From NCBI GenBank assembly GCA_051362555.1, contig CM120645.1:7812001-7876000 (forward strand): a DNA stretch of 64,000 nucleotides. Direction: 5' to 3'. Source of the DNA: Lingula anatina. Lineage: Eukaryota; Animalia; Brachiopoda. Every line of letters begins with the position of its first letter. Within the stretch, counting starts at the first letter, position 1. The notes beneath the pieces are model-generated. The model was given only the letters and a program-made list of their open reading frames with translations. It was not told where the DNA came from and ran no database searches. The translations under genes were made by a program, and so were the position numbers. Below, one piece after another: positions 41,853 through 54,423 of the stretch.

Positions 41853-43246
41853 GTAAGTAAGAACCATAAAAGGTGTATTCAGTTTTTAAGGCTGTTATTA
41901 CTGGACATCTAGAGTATTAATCATTTGAGGTCATCATCATTTAGACCATCTCTTTGGAAACCATTGTTGAAAAAGATTTTAAATGTATAGTTGCTCAGCA
42001 GCAAGTCCCATTTAGTCTGAACTGTTTGTGGATGTTGCTTCAAATGACAAGTTTTAGTTTCAGAAGTTAAAAACACCAGCTATGCACAACACCCTTGGTG
42101 TACTTATTGCAACTGTTCCACAAACCACAAAATAATCAAACCATGTGCACCAGTCGAGTGCATTGCCCAAACTTAGGTTGTTTCCAATTGAAAACAAAGG
42201 GCTCATGCAAGTTTCTTCAGCTGGGCTTTTTGTAATCTGTTGAAACTGCGGTTGTTTCCAACCTAAACAAAGCTAAACCTGAACTAGGTAGTTAAAAACA
42301 AAGCAACAGTCTCTATTGAAATGAGGGCAAGAACAATTGTTATGGATTACAAGCATGGCAACCACATTTTTCTAATCATGGCCTGATATCCTTAGAAACG
42401 GAGAGTCTTAACAAAACTTAACTATAATCATGTCCACCAATTTCTAGCCTTTCCAGATAGTACTAAATCTTTCTTTAGTTGTTAAAGCAACATGATTTGT
42501 GATGTTTTCAAAGCTAGTAAACAAATCAATTCCAAATTTCTTCATTTCCTTCACCCACTAATTTTTGAGCATTTCTTTTTTCATAAAAGTTGATCAAAAT
42601 GTGGAAAAAAAAGGGAACTTTTAATAATGTAGCAAAATGTCATCTTAAAGTGTAAATCTTTTCTTCATTAAAAGTTTTCTTCTCGAAATCATAATATCCA
42701 ATTTCAAAAGCTCTTGGTAGAACCATGTAATTTAAGAGCAATTGGAAGTAGTAGTTTTAAAGTGCTACAGGTTATCCTAACAAACTCTGTTGCTTTTGCC
42801 ACATCAGCGTCTATGTCCTATCAATCTACATAGGTGGCCAAGCAATCACAGAAAAAAGCTGTTTGAGTTTTGGAACATTAAGTTTCAAATGAGCTGGAAG
42901 GTAAAATTGTTCAGATAAAACTGAGGGGAAAGTCTGATGTTGTTTTAAATGTTGAGGGTTACTGGGTTTTTCAGTGTCAGATGTCTTGCATTTCAGAGGC
43001 TTTGGTTAAGGAGAAAAAGGGGCTGCTTGCAAGGGGATTGAGAATATGTTGTACTTATTCATGTTTTCACATTGTTCTGTTAATGTTCCATAACCTTTCA
43101 TCTACTGATTTTAAAATAAATGAATAGTTGACTTTCTCCAACCATTAGTATTATTGTATATATAAAAAAATCAACAATCTTAACTGGTCTGGTACTATGT
43201 TGGAAATTGACAATTTTATAAATAAATCACATTTTGAAATTTTCAG

Positions 43247-43408
43247 AAAACCAGAGAAAGGTATGCGCTACCTTATAGAGCATCGGTTTGTTGAGAATTC
43301 AGCGAGAGCAGGAGCCAAATTTCTCATTCAGAGGAAAGGACTGAGCAAGCAGATGATTGGCGAATATTTGGGAAATTTGCAGAATCAGTTTAACCAAGAT
43401 GTATTAGA
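43247..43408 (+). CDS. IQSEC: IQSEC exon, Sec7 domain (KPEKGMRYLIE...GLSKQMIGEYLG)
   Basis: tttcag| acceptor, GA|gtgagt donor; joins in phase to give FNKKPEKG. Confidence 0.95.
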
Positions 43409-43743
43409 GTGAGTATATGCAGAAAATAATTGTTTGTTCAAGTAAATGAACGCTGCTTGATGACCTAATGCATAATGTTGAACAGTCAATGAATTTTTCC
43501 ATACTACTGATAACTAAGGTATAGGTATCAAATTACTTTTAAAAAATATTTAAATAAAGGAGTCGAACATGTATACAGCCGCATTGATAATTTACCTATT
43601 TTCCCTTAAAAGAGAAGTGAGCTGTATTTTATGATACATCTTATATAAAGATGTGACTTATCACAATTAATAAATGTGTCTACTGAAAATCATGGACAAA
43701 GTATTTGTTAATGTGTGTTCTATATTTTCATTTTTTTCTTTAG

Positions 43744-43825
43744 GTGTTTTGTGGACGAGATTGACCTCTCAGGCCTTCAAATAGATGTTGCTCTCCGTAC
43801 GTTCCAAGGATTTTTTAGAATGCCG
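43744..43825 (+). CDS. IQSEC: IQSEC exon, Sec7 domain (CFVDEIDLSGLQIDVALRTFQGFFRMP)
   Basis: tttag| acceptor, CCG|gtgagt donor; phase consistent. Confidence 0.95.
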
Positions 43826-46701
43826 GTGAGTTACCCGCCATACAACAGGGGAGACACTGTGTCGAATAGCATACAATTCTTGCATGTTTCCACAGCACAT
43901 ATAAAGATCAGTTATTTCACTGCCTTAATCACGTATGGAAGTGACACCAGCAAGTGTCATTAACCTCATTCAGTGTTAGAAATTAAGGCTGACAACTTTC
44001 GGAACGGGCTGAGAAGTTTTTCCACCCAGCAGACATTCAGTCCAGCTACTTTTCAAGATGGCTGGACTTTTGGTCCAGCAACTTATTTTTCTAAGAGGTA
44101 AACACTGACCTCATTATACATAAGTATCAGGAAAAGCATATTTCCTTTCCTAGTAAATAGTTTCAAACTAATGTATGGAAAATAAGAATATGTTGAACAA
44201 TTTTATCAGATGTATGAATGAGCCTGACTAAATTTTGCTGTATGTTCAAAATGTTTTGCTTAATCAAGGTATTTGCTGGAATTAAATATATTCAACCCAA
44301 TAGAAAATACAGGTCCAGTTGAACCTTAATTTTTTTTTTTAAACAAATTTTAAATTTGGACATGTAATCCATGTAGAAGGAAGTTTAGGATGTAAAGAAA
44401 TGGGGAAATAAGATAACGCTTAGTTTTTGACAAAACACCCACCTAACCATAAGTATTTATGTGTAACATCAGACATCAATTTAATCACAGCTGATCACAA
44501 AAATAGAACAAGGAAATGATTTCTAACTGATGAAATTGATGGCAGTTCACGTAACAGATAAATACTAGATTGTGCGCAGTAAGTCAGACAAAGTGCCACT
44601 ATCGATTGCCTCTGTCGTTATTGGCCGTATCCCATGAGCCATCATTTTTCCTCACTAGGGCTAGAGAGGAAGCACAAAATTGATCCAATGCAAGATATAC
44701 CAATGCTTGAACACCCTACTGGGTGTTAGTTAGGGATAATTTCCAAGTAAAGTATGTAAGATAAGAGAATTAAATGCCATATCTCTAAGAGAGCAAAAAG
44801 TACTTCAATAGAGAGGAGTATTTAATTGTAAAACCATTATTCTTGGTATTTGCCAGTATCACATACTGACTTCTCTTGAGGTAACTTAGCATCATACTGA
44901 ATAAATCCACCTACAAAAAGAAGTTCAATGACCAGTTGTCTGCCTCTTGAAAGATCCTTCACAAAAAAGTTTTGGAATTCTAGCATCCAGAATGATCAAG
45001 AAATTCTTAGGTCCAGTAGCAGAAAGAAAGAGAGAGAGAATTATCCTTCACTTGTGTCAGAATTCTTTTCTCATTTTCTCAAGGCACTTTTTTTTGAAGT
45101 GCAGCAAAAGACAGCTCAGTTTACTTTTCAAAAAAATACTCTATCTGAACCAAACCAGTTGCATACGGGGAATGATTTATATTTACACATCTGTTTTCTA
45201 AAATACCCTGGTACTGACAGAGTGTCAAGAGCCGCAAGTTTGGGGTTGGTGCCCTTTGCCCATCCCATTGACTTCTCTCATAGCAGGCATACGCCAGATA
45301 CTACAGAAGTCAGTGGTGAACAGAATAAAGGTGAAGAGGCCTCCATGGTGTTAGGAGCTTGTACACACAATGAGGGCTCTTGTTTCTTGACAAGTCTAGT
45401 CTAGTTTCGTAGCAGGTGCCATCGAATAATGAACAGGGCTTAGTTTTCTAGCAGGTGACACCGATCGGTTTATGACCAGGATGCAAATGGGATTCTTATG
45501 ATGCTTGTACTTGTTTAGTTGGGATCAAATCATAAATTTGATATGCACTTATCTGCCTGATATAATAAAGCTTTCAGTCATTTTTAAGCTTGAGAAATGA
45601 TAAAAACACACACATCTTGTTAAAAAATTGCTGAAGAAGTGTAGTCAACTTATTTGCCCTGATGTCACTAATTAAGTTTGACGGAAAACCAGAAAATTGC
45701 CTCCTGGTTTTCTATTAGACACACATTGTTAGATTAAGGGTGAAATGAGGTGAGAGGGGGAGAAATGGAGGTAATGTTTTTCTTATTCTTTCAACCAAAT
45801 GGTTTCTGACAGCCAGAAAATGTTAAGTCTTAATTGTCCCTGGAACAGTGTGGCTTTTTGCATTCTTTTGAACAACATAACCATTATTTGGGATTAGAAC
45901 TTGCAAGATGATGGAACAACGAATGGGCTACCCTGGAATTTATTTGACAATTGTGTCTCTTTCAGCATTGGGCTTTTCTGTTTCTGTTAGTGTTCATGAC
46001 TATGAGAAGATCTTGTGATTCAGTTACATTGGCACTGGAAATGTTTTTGCAGTTGTACTTGATAAACCTCAGACAGACTTGAGATTAAGCATTCAGTGGA
46101 AATTCAAACTACAAGTTTTTTCAAAGAATTCGTACAATATTTAATATTTCCTGTTTTCCCTTTAATGTTAAATTGTCCCCTACAAGGTGGTTCTGGAAAA
46201 GTGACTTCTGTTAATTAATATCATTAATTAGCAATTATGACTCTAGGGTTTTGAGAAAACAATTTTTTGGCAGCTTCCTTGGTCTCTTATGGCAGATTAG
46301 GTCACCGCTTTTCTTAGAATAAGTGGTAATGATCAAAGAATAATTAGTCTCAAAAACTGACAGCCTCCTCTTAGTTTATAATAATTCTCTATGAAATATT
46401 GATTTGTTATTTTGTCCTGTATGTAAGCTAAGAAGAATTTCTACCATTTAAATCAAGAAAAATTGCCAACTGTATTTTGGGGGGTATTGTAAGGTTTGTG
46501 ATGTTTGATTGAAATAGAACTATATCTTCTAGTCAAAATAAATGTCTTATAAACATCAGGTTAAAAAAAATGTCCTTCTTAACATTATAATACATTCATG
46601 TCTCCTCCTCCTTCCTAGCTTATTTAACATGTGACCTGCTTATTTTAAATAGTTTACTCAGAGAAGATGACTGAACTTGATTTGCCTATTATATCTTTCA
46701 G

Positions 46702-46909
46702 GGTGAGGCACAGAAAATAGAACGTCTGATGGAAGCTTTTGCGAGACGTTACTGCGAGTGCAACCCAGATGTGATCAAGAAATTCCGCACAACAGACACA
46801 GTTTTCCTTCTGGCATTTGCCATAATTATGCTAAACACTGATCTTCACAGTCCCAATGTGAAACAGGAAAGAAGAATGAAATTACCCGATTTTATCAAAA
46901 ATCTCAAAG
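46702..46909 (+). CDS. IQSEC: IQSEC exon, Sec7 catalytic core ([11 protein letters not shown]...[18 protein letters not shown])
   Basis: Spliced FRMP|GEAQKIER contains the Sec7 glutamate finger; motif 2 is [10 protein letters not shown]. Acceptor tttcag|, donor G|gtacat. Confidence 0.97.
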
Positions 46910-47259
46910 GTACATTTTGGGATTTTGGGGCATAATTTACTTGACAGTTAACTTTTGTCTTAAAGTATAAGACATTTAATGACAATAATCAGATAATATT
47001 TTTGAATTTTGATATAATTGGTTTGATAGATAGTTAACTATTGTCTTTAAGTATGAGACACGGTTGGACTTAAATCAGATAAATATGTCAGCTTTGTTGT
47101 TTTTTGTGACACATGACTATCACTATCCATTTTTTAATGTTTCAAATTGTTTGTAAGGTTAATCATGTTGACAGTTCTGGGATATCAAAAACTTTGATTG
47201 TCTTGCATTGCAACCTATTGTAAATGAATACCTATTATAAATATTAATTTTTATCACAG

Positions 47260-47399
47260 GAATTGATGACGGCGATGATGTGGATGCTGATCTACTGGCT
47301 GGAATATTTGAGAGGATACGACAGTCTGAATTTAAACCAGGAGTTGACCATGTGACTCAAGTTATGAAAGTTGAGCAGACGATTGTGGGAAAGAAGCCA
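47260..47399 (+). CDS. IQSEC: IQSEC exon, end of Sec7 and linker (GIDDGDDVDADLLAGIFERIRQSEFKPGVDHVTQVMKVEQTIVGKKP)
   Basis: cacag| acceptor, CCA|gtaagt donor; DHVTQV-KVE linker typical of the family. Confidence 0.95.
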
Positions 47400-47717
47400 G
47401 TAAGTCTCATATTTTATGGGAGAGTTTAAAGAAGGTTGTTTGGCCTTGAGCTGAATCAAAATTTGATGTAGGTTCCATTCCACCTCTCATTTTGCAGGAA
47501 ACTGAGAAAGATACCCCCCCCCCCGATGAAATTGCTGTTAGCTTCTGGAAGTTAATTTTCAGCAACAATAATGCTCACATTGTATTTCTACACTATATTT
47601 TGCCATATGAAAATTTTAGACCTAGTGAAAATGGTTAAATTCTCTATGGTGTCTCTTGAAAGTAAGTCTTTTTTACCTACAAAGTGCCTAACTTAAATTC
47701 ACATGTGTTTCTTGTAG

Positions 47718-47843
47718 CAATTAGCCCAGTCTTCCAGACGCCTGGTGTGTTATTGTCGTCTCTATGAGGTGAATGACCCGACAAAGAAAGAGAAAATTGG
47801 ACTCCACCAGCGGGAAATATTCTTGTTTAATGACATCATGGTG
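47718..47843 (+). CDS. IQSEC: IQSEC exon, PH domain ([36 protein letters not shown])
   Basis: tgtag| acceptor, GTG|gtgagt donor; RRLVCYCRL and [10 protein letters not shown] are IQSEC PH signatures. Confidence 0.96.
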
Positions 47844-48051
47844 GTGAGTTAATCCTCAGTTTAAAAAGAGATCTGGTTTAAGTCAGATAATGTGTTTAAT
47901 TTATTTCACAAAATTTTAAAGGTAATTTTTCAGTTATTTTATTTTGTTCACTCTTTGCTTATCATATTCATAAGGATCTTGAAAGCAAAAGCACAAAAAA
48001 GACAAGGAACATTTGAGCAATAGTTTTACAAAGGTTCCCCATTACTTTTAG

Positions 48052-48151
48052 GTCACAAAGATCTTTGCCAAGAAGAAGACCAGCATCACTTATAGCTTCA
48101 GACAGTCCATTCCATTAGTGGGAACTCAGGTCTACCTCTTCGAAACTGCAC
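48052..48151 (+). CDS. IQSEC: IQSEC exon, PH domain (VTKIFAKKKTSITYSFRQSIPLVGTQVYLFETA)
   Basis: tttag| acceptor, C|gtaagt donor; phase consistent. Confidence 0.95.
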
Positions 48152-48279
48152 GTAAGTACCAGGGATAAGTTTTTTTCTGTATATGTAGGCAGATTTCTGA
48201 TTTTTTGGGAGCCACATCCTTATACTAATATTTATAGCTGTGGGTTTTTCTTTATTTCTTTTTGTCTTGTGGATTCCAG

Positions 48280-48401
48280 ATTATAAGCATGGAGTCCGCT
48301 TGATCTCTAGTCTAGATGGGAAACCACTCATCACTTTCAATGCCAGGAATGAACATGATAGAACCAAATTTGTGGAAGATCTCAAAGAGGCTGTGTATGA
48401 G
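48280..48401 (+). CDS. IQSEC: IQSEC exon, PH domain end (YKHGVRLISSLDGKPLITFNARNEHDRTKFVEDLKEAVYE)
   Basis: tccag| acceptor, GAG|gtaaga donor. Confidence 0.95.
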
Positions 48402-48645
48402 GTAAGACATTGGCTTGTCTTGGACCATTGCTGTTTGGTGTAGCATGCTGACACCTATAAATGATTTCAGTGTTTGATATTTCTGTTTCTGTAATTTCAG
48501 AATATAAGGTCTGTTGTTCTTGCTCACATGTGAAGAAATATATGAAATAGACTTGTGTTGTTTAGTGAATCTTTTGTCCTAGAAAAAAATTCTGCTTTGA
48601 AAGGACTATGTTCAACATTCTATGATACAACTATTTGTCCTCCAG

Positions 48646-48826
48646 ATGAATGAAATGGAAGCAATGAGAATAGACGAAGAGATCCAGAAACACAATCGCC
48701 ACAGTAGTGACTCGGGGGTGGTTGATATTGAGCTTCTCAAACCATGTGATCCCACACCTAACAGATTCTCTGCTCCCGAGCTCAAGAAGAGTCAGCTGAC
48801 AAATTCTCTAACCGATATTACAGATG
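48646..48826 (+). CDS. IQSEC: IQSEC exon (MNEMEAMRIDEEIQKH...LTNSLTDITD)
   Basis: tccag| acceptor, G|gtaagc donor; post-PH EME-RI-E helix. Confidence 0.9.
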
Positions 48827-49139
48827 GTAAGCTTTTTTTCATTAAAGAGAGATTGATTTTTAATTGGCCAAGTTAAAAATTACATCATTGTAGAATAAAT
48901 GGGTGAGAGTGAAAAAACACATTGAAAAAGTTAAGATTTGTGTTCGATGGCAATTAAAAAATGAAGCTGATAGCCTTAAGAAATACATTAATAACACAAA
49001 TTAGTCCTATACCAAGTGGACATTGATACTGAAATATTCCTCTTATGTTTTTACTGATGTTACAAGAAACATTAAGGGACAATTGCACAGTGCTTTAAGT
49101 TTGCATCATGTATTAAAATATACTTTGTTTTATGTGTAG

Positions 49140-49189
49140 GTGCTATAGCTCAGAGAAGAGGGAGTGAGGGATCCCTGGACAGCGGCATG
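49140..49189 (+). CDS. IQSEC: IQSEC small exon (GAIAQRRGSEGSLDSGM)
   Basis: tgtag| acceptor, ATG|gtgagt donor; phase 1 in, phase 0 out; RRxS-GSLDS motif. Confidence 0.85.
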
Positions 49190-49632
49190 GTGAGTCTTAA
49201 TCTCTCTCCTAAATACATGTAAATAAAATAGGTAGCTAAGTAACAGCCTATTAGGCTGATGGTTCTGTTGGAATAATCTTAGCAACTGCATATTGGATCA
49301 AGTGTGTTAATTCTCTCATCATCCATCAAACACCCTTCTTAAAATACAACATGATGCAACCAAAAGCTGCAAAATAATTAGTTTCAGATCAGGATCCATC
49401 ATTAAGGTTTTAATTAAGGAAATACCTGGACGTTGAATTTGACATTTTATCTTGTCATGAGCTTCATTCAGTAATGAAAGTTGAGTTTTTAAATTATATT
49501 TATTTAATGTCCAAATGCATTCCATAGACTTTGTAATGCAAAAGGCAAGTTTGAAAAATCCATAAAAACAGTTTGACACACACACACAATAAGTTTATCT
49601 TCTGAAGGTTAAATTTTATTTATCTCCACCAG

Positions 49633-49797
49633 GTTTCTGCCAGCTCAGCATCCAATATGGCAAAAGAAGAAATACAAAACCAGACAAAGTCTCCAAAAAC
49701 CACTTCCGGTTCCAGATTGTCAGCATTATTTGGCAAGAAGTCCAGACCCTCCAAGAGCCAGCTTAGACAGTCCACTACAGAGTCTTCAGAAGCATAG
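49633..49797 (+). CDS. IQSEC: IQSEC terminal coding exon (VSASSASNMAKEE...QSTTESSEA*)
   Basis: accag| acceptor, 54 open codons, TAG at 49795-49797. Confidence 0.8.
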   Translation, partial: VSASSASNMAKEEIQNQTKSPKTTSGSRLSALFGKKSRPSKSQLRQSTTESSEA

Positions 49798-51454
49798 CTT
49801 TGCTGTTAAAATTCAGATACAGTGCACCCTGGCAAATTAGAACCTCATTTAACCTGGGAGCTCTCATATAACATACTGAATATGAAAGTCTTGGTCCCGT
49901 TGAACAAAGATCTGTACTATGTATGCATATAAAGGGCAAAAAAGCCAGTCCCTGTTTGTACGCCATTCAAATATATGACTTTGTCTTAACAGTTTGATCC
50001 TTCCCTTGTTTGCTTGATGTTTCCATGGTGACATGAAGCACTTTAAGATGTTTCCATGGTGACATGAAGCTATTTCCATAGTGACATGAAGCTGTTTTTG
50101 TTGTACACTTTAGGAGCTATGGGCATTAACAGTAATGTTTCACCTAGTGTAAGATGTTGCTGTACATCCTGAAGCTGCCTTCTTGGAGATGAGTTCGTAT
50201 CTCCACATCAGACTGTTGCTGTCCATATTCCACAAGGCTGTTGTTGTTTTGAAAGGACAATATTGCTACTGTAACCATGTTGTTGAAATGATTTTAACTG
50301 CTTCATCGTAGCCATCTTAAGTATGTCTATTGAAATTGAAGTTTGCCTTACAGAGAAAGAAGACACACACATATACATGCATGCATACATACACACATAC
50401 ACACATTCACACATGTCCACCTAGGATTGCTTCCAGAATTGTATAGGTGCCATTCAGAAAAGATTATTGTTTTTGTTAATCACATAATTCTTCTTAAACT
50501 TGATTTGAATTATTTTATGATTTTTCGTTACTTATTTTAAACATCAAGGGAAGGTGACAGCAGTAATATAAGTCGGATGGTTTTACTGACATTTGGTACC
50601 TTACAACATTTGAATAAGGATGAATGAAATTGGATTTTCTGAAGATTGAGAGGTGTGAATTATGGATTTGAGTGTTGAACTTAACATGGATGTGAGTTAG
50701 ATTATCAGGCAGTTGTTTGTAAAACATAATGCCATTCAATCTGGTTTCAGTTCCAGTGTTGGTATTTATAGTTTTAATATAAATACTAAGTTATGCTGAC
50801 AATAGAAACAATTTTTTGTAAAAAGATTTTTTGTAAATATATTGTGCAATTGTTTGATAGATGCAAGATATCCTTAAAAGGGACCAGTGTAATTATTGAA
50901 GACTGGTTTATTCTTGGGTATTTATTATTGATATTTATTTGGTGCACTGCAGACATGGCCCTTTAGATCTGCAAAAATTATTGATCTGCTCAGACCTGGT
51001 TGCAATATCTTGTAAAAAGATAGACTGCCTCAGACCTGTAGCCACATATATTACTCCATGTATTATATACCAAAGATTTTGAATAATTCCTAAGATTATG
51101 TACTTTGTCTGTTTGAGCAGGATTACTGTTAATTTGTACACTTGTTCCTATTAAGATGAGTTGATTTGACTTGGATATGACTCTCAGATTGAAAAGGAAT
51201 AAAAATGAAGTAGAAATATTGAGCAAGCACGGTTGGGCAAATATTGATAAGGGCTGTTGTTGCATTTTATTCACTTAGAAATCAGCTGGCTGATTCAATG
51301 GTAGTTCACATTGGCAGAATTTAGACAAGTAATTATTGGTTAAAATGAACCTGTGTTCCCATTGCCGTTGGTGTTGACAAATTATTTCTTTATTTAGCTG
51401 TTCCTGTTTAATAACCTGATTATTGTATATAATTGGACGCATTTGCTATCACAC

Positions 51455-51500
51455 AATAAACTGGTATACCGTATCGTACAAAACTGTTTTTTTAGTTATT
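51455..51500 (+). terminator. Probable polyadenylation signal of the IQSEC gene
   Basis: AATAAA at 51455-51460 followed ~25 nt later by a T/GT-rich tract; base composition appears to shift here. Confidence 0.45.
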
Positions 51501-51924
51501 TCAGTGATTCCATTTTGGTTATTTTGGTGTCTTACATCATCATATAAATTTGAGTAAGTCAACTCTTACATCTATTGTGAAACGCAAAATAACCGACTTA
51601 TCTTTAGTGGGCCTAAGTTTTAACCCAAAACTTTGAGAACCCAGCCTAAGGGCGTGACTGCGGTGTGAAATCCATAGAACACGGTGGTGTAGCTTCATGA
51701 CTTCGGGCAGCTTGCTATCAGCAGTTTTTATCTTGATAACCATAAATTATATGTATCATAAGTCAATTGAATACTGAAGACTATTTGCCGCCCTTTGCTA
51801 CAGTAACCCACCCCTTTCCACACTCAGCAGGCTCTGTATGCAAAGAAAGCACTTTGAATCTGTTATTTTACTCTCAAAGCACAGTTAATAAGCCTAAGGG
51901 TTCCCAATCAGACTATCACTTTAC

Positions 51925-52133
51925 CAGGGGGGGGCAAATCCAGGATTATCTGAAGAGGGTACGCGGATCCGAAGCCCCCCACCCCCACCCCCTTGGCGTG
52001 GGTTTAGCGAGCCCACTATGATTCAGTTAGTTAAAATTCTAATTTCAAGAGGAGACCGTTAGTGTTATTTTTTTTCAGAAATAGAAGGGGGGGGCAGGAC
52101 CCCCCTGACACCCCCCTCCTAAATCCGCCACTG
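51925..52133. mobile_element. MITE with CAG(T/G)GGCGGAT-type ends and 6-bp flanking direct repeat CTTTAC
   Basis: Degenerate left end cag(g)ncaaatccagg, right end aaatccgccactg. ctttac at 51919-51924 and 52134-52139. Confidence 0.7.
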
Positions 52134-52625
52134 CTTTACGTGAATCGATCAAATTAACACACCTGGCACTGAGCAGAATGCAGAAGATTTTACGGGTACT
52201 TTGGAAACGAGGTGTGTTGATCTGATTGTAATCAGAGAGAATCACAAGGCAACGTTGAAGGCAAGACAGATTTTTCATCTTGTCAGGATTCGTGTGATGT
52301 CAATTAATCTGACGACTTCAGTGACAAAAAAATTTGCAGTCTGATATAAAAAATAAACGGATGAGCAAAATTCCATTCAAATTGACGAAAGCTATATGAT
52401 AATTTGCGCGCGTGAGAGGTGCAAAAATTAAATTCCTTCAGTGTTTTGTATCTATATTACAAATTAAAATTCAGGTCGAATATCGTAATCTGTGCACAAG
52501 TTGGAAGACAAGTGTGAATGCGACAAAGTGTAAGTAGAATCATCTACCAGAGCTACGGATTGTTTTTTCACCTCAAGATCACAGATATGTGTCTGGCTAA
52601 TTCAGCACATTTTTTTCCACTGTGT

Positions 52626-52865
52626 CAGGCCTTATAAACACTACCCGCAGATCTTTTAGCAGTAACTTCAACATTAACCACAAAACCCACGAATTAACCA
52701 TCGCACCGTACAATTATTTAGCACCAACAAAGCGATACCTAGCACTAAATATTCAACCGCCCTGGTAGTGCTGGTTAATTTGTGGGTTATGTTATTAATT
52801 TAGGTGTTAGTGCTAAAAGATCTGCGGGTAGTGTTAGTAAACACCTAATCCGTTTATAAGGCCCG
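52626..52865. mobile_element. MITE with 14-bp TIR, inner inverted repeat and 5-bp flanking repeat TGTGT
   Basis: caggccttataaac ... gtttataaggcccg. Inner IR aacactacccgcagatcttttagca / tgctaaaagatctgcgggtagtgtt. tgtgt at 52621 and 52866. Confidence 0.85.
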
Positions 52866-53762
52866 TGTGTCCAGCGCGAACTTTTGTATGGGGTTGATTT
52901 TATCACTCAGCTGTCCTCTAGTAAAGAGTTCGCCAGGAGCATGGCGACCCTTATTAAAGGTCGTTGGTATACTCGTTACGAAACTGTAATTTATAGCGCA
53001 TGTGACACTCGTCATGGAAAGCTTTGATCACTCACGTAAAACTACACTGTAGTTCAAAAAGGTTGGTACACTAATTAGACTACTACAGCCAGCCCATCAA
53101 GCACGGATATCTCCCAACAAAACAATGTTTTGGTCACAAAACAGCAAGCTTTAAACCCTATTTGGACAAATTTGGACCGAATATAGCAGGTGTAAATTAA
53201 TGGTTAATTATCAGTGTATTATCTATGTCTAACAGCATTGGGGGAAAAAGTTGTTGAGGGGTTTTGATGAAATTTTCAAGATAGGTCGGTAATTGGCTAT
53301 ATTAGGGTGGTGATTAAATAGTTGGTTTATTAATTTTTACTTCATTAATTAATTAGTCAACCAATTAACTAGTTAAATAACAAGTTAACTAAGCAATTGA
53401 TAATAACAAGAATTTAGCTTATTAATTAGTTTATTAGCAATAAATTAGAAATTATGAGAAATGAGTGAAGTAATTAATTAATTAATTAACTAGATAGTCT
53501 GCGCTCTTTGATTGCTTTTCAAGTATTTGCAATGTTTTAGTCCTACATAAAGTAATTGTTGTGGTTTTTGCAAAACTTGTAAATATTGCAAAATGTAGCA
53601 AATGATTTGGGAAACACTGTATTACCCCCAGCAAATAAATGTATAGCCGCAGGTCCAATGTCCTCAAAACCGGAAAGAGGCACCAATTAGACGTCCGCGA
53701 CGTACGCCTGTAGAAACACCTAATAAGCTCAACATAAGTGTTCAACATTCCTCTGGATCGCA

Positions 53763-54068
53763 ATGTGGATAGGGATACTTATCTTAGTTTTCTTAGTTTT
53801 CTTACTTTTATTTCTTTTCGCCGCCATCAACCTATTTAAGGCAACGCGGAATGGGACGAGTCTGCCCTTGAAGGGCGGATTGACAATGAGAAGATGGGTT
53901 GAGCCTCATGGGAAAATAGCCGAAGCTATCATAGCAGAAATGCAGGCTATTTCCATGAATTCCGTGGGGTCGCTGTTTCCTCACACCATGCTTCATGGAG
54001 ACGTCGAGGCTTTACGAAGACGAATAATAATGATCGTTTATAAACAGGGAAAACCAGTAATGTTTCAT
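53763..54068 (+). CDS. Exon 1 of an uncharacterised membrane-anchored GNAT-like protein
   Basis: ATG, ~22-aa hydrophobic N-terminus (MWIGILILVFLVFLLLFLFAAI), 102 codons, donor CAT|gtaagt in phase 0. Confidence 0.75.
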
Positions 54069-54152
54069 GTAAGTATCTCTCTCTCTCTCTCTCTCTCATT
54101 GTGCGAGCAAGACGTGGATTGATCTCACTTGTAGCCAGGGACAGATCCAGGA

Positions 54153-54183
<31 letters not shown>

Positions 54184-54423
54184 GGACACAGATGCAAAGC
54201 ATCAGTGTATATTGAGAATGAGTGAATATGGGCCAATGCAATCATCAATTTATTTTTAACTCTCAAGATGAATTTGATTGAGGTGATTTTGACAGGAAAC
54301 GATAATATGTAAGTAGATACCATGTTTTGGGACAAGTGAAGTCAACAATACACACCTTTTGTCTGTTGTCTTTATTTGTATATTCTGCTCGTACATATAT
54401 TTTAAAAACCAACGTCTGTCTAA

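Noticed and set aside
44928-45404. 158-aa ORF inside the Sec7 intron
   Set aside because: No recognisable motifs, and inclusion would split the FRMP|GEAQ catalytic motif; the flanking exons already join in frame.
49795-49809. Stop-codon readthrough at the IQSEC TAG-C
   Set aside because: Only three codons precede an in-frame TAA, and there is no supporting structure.
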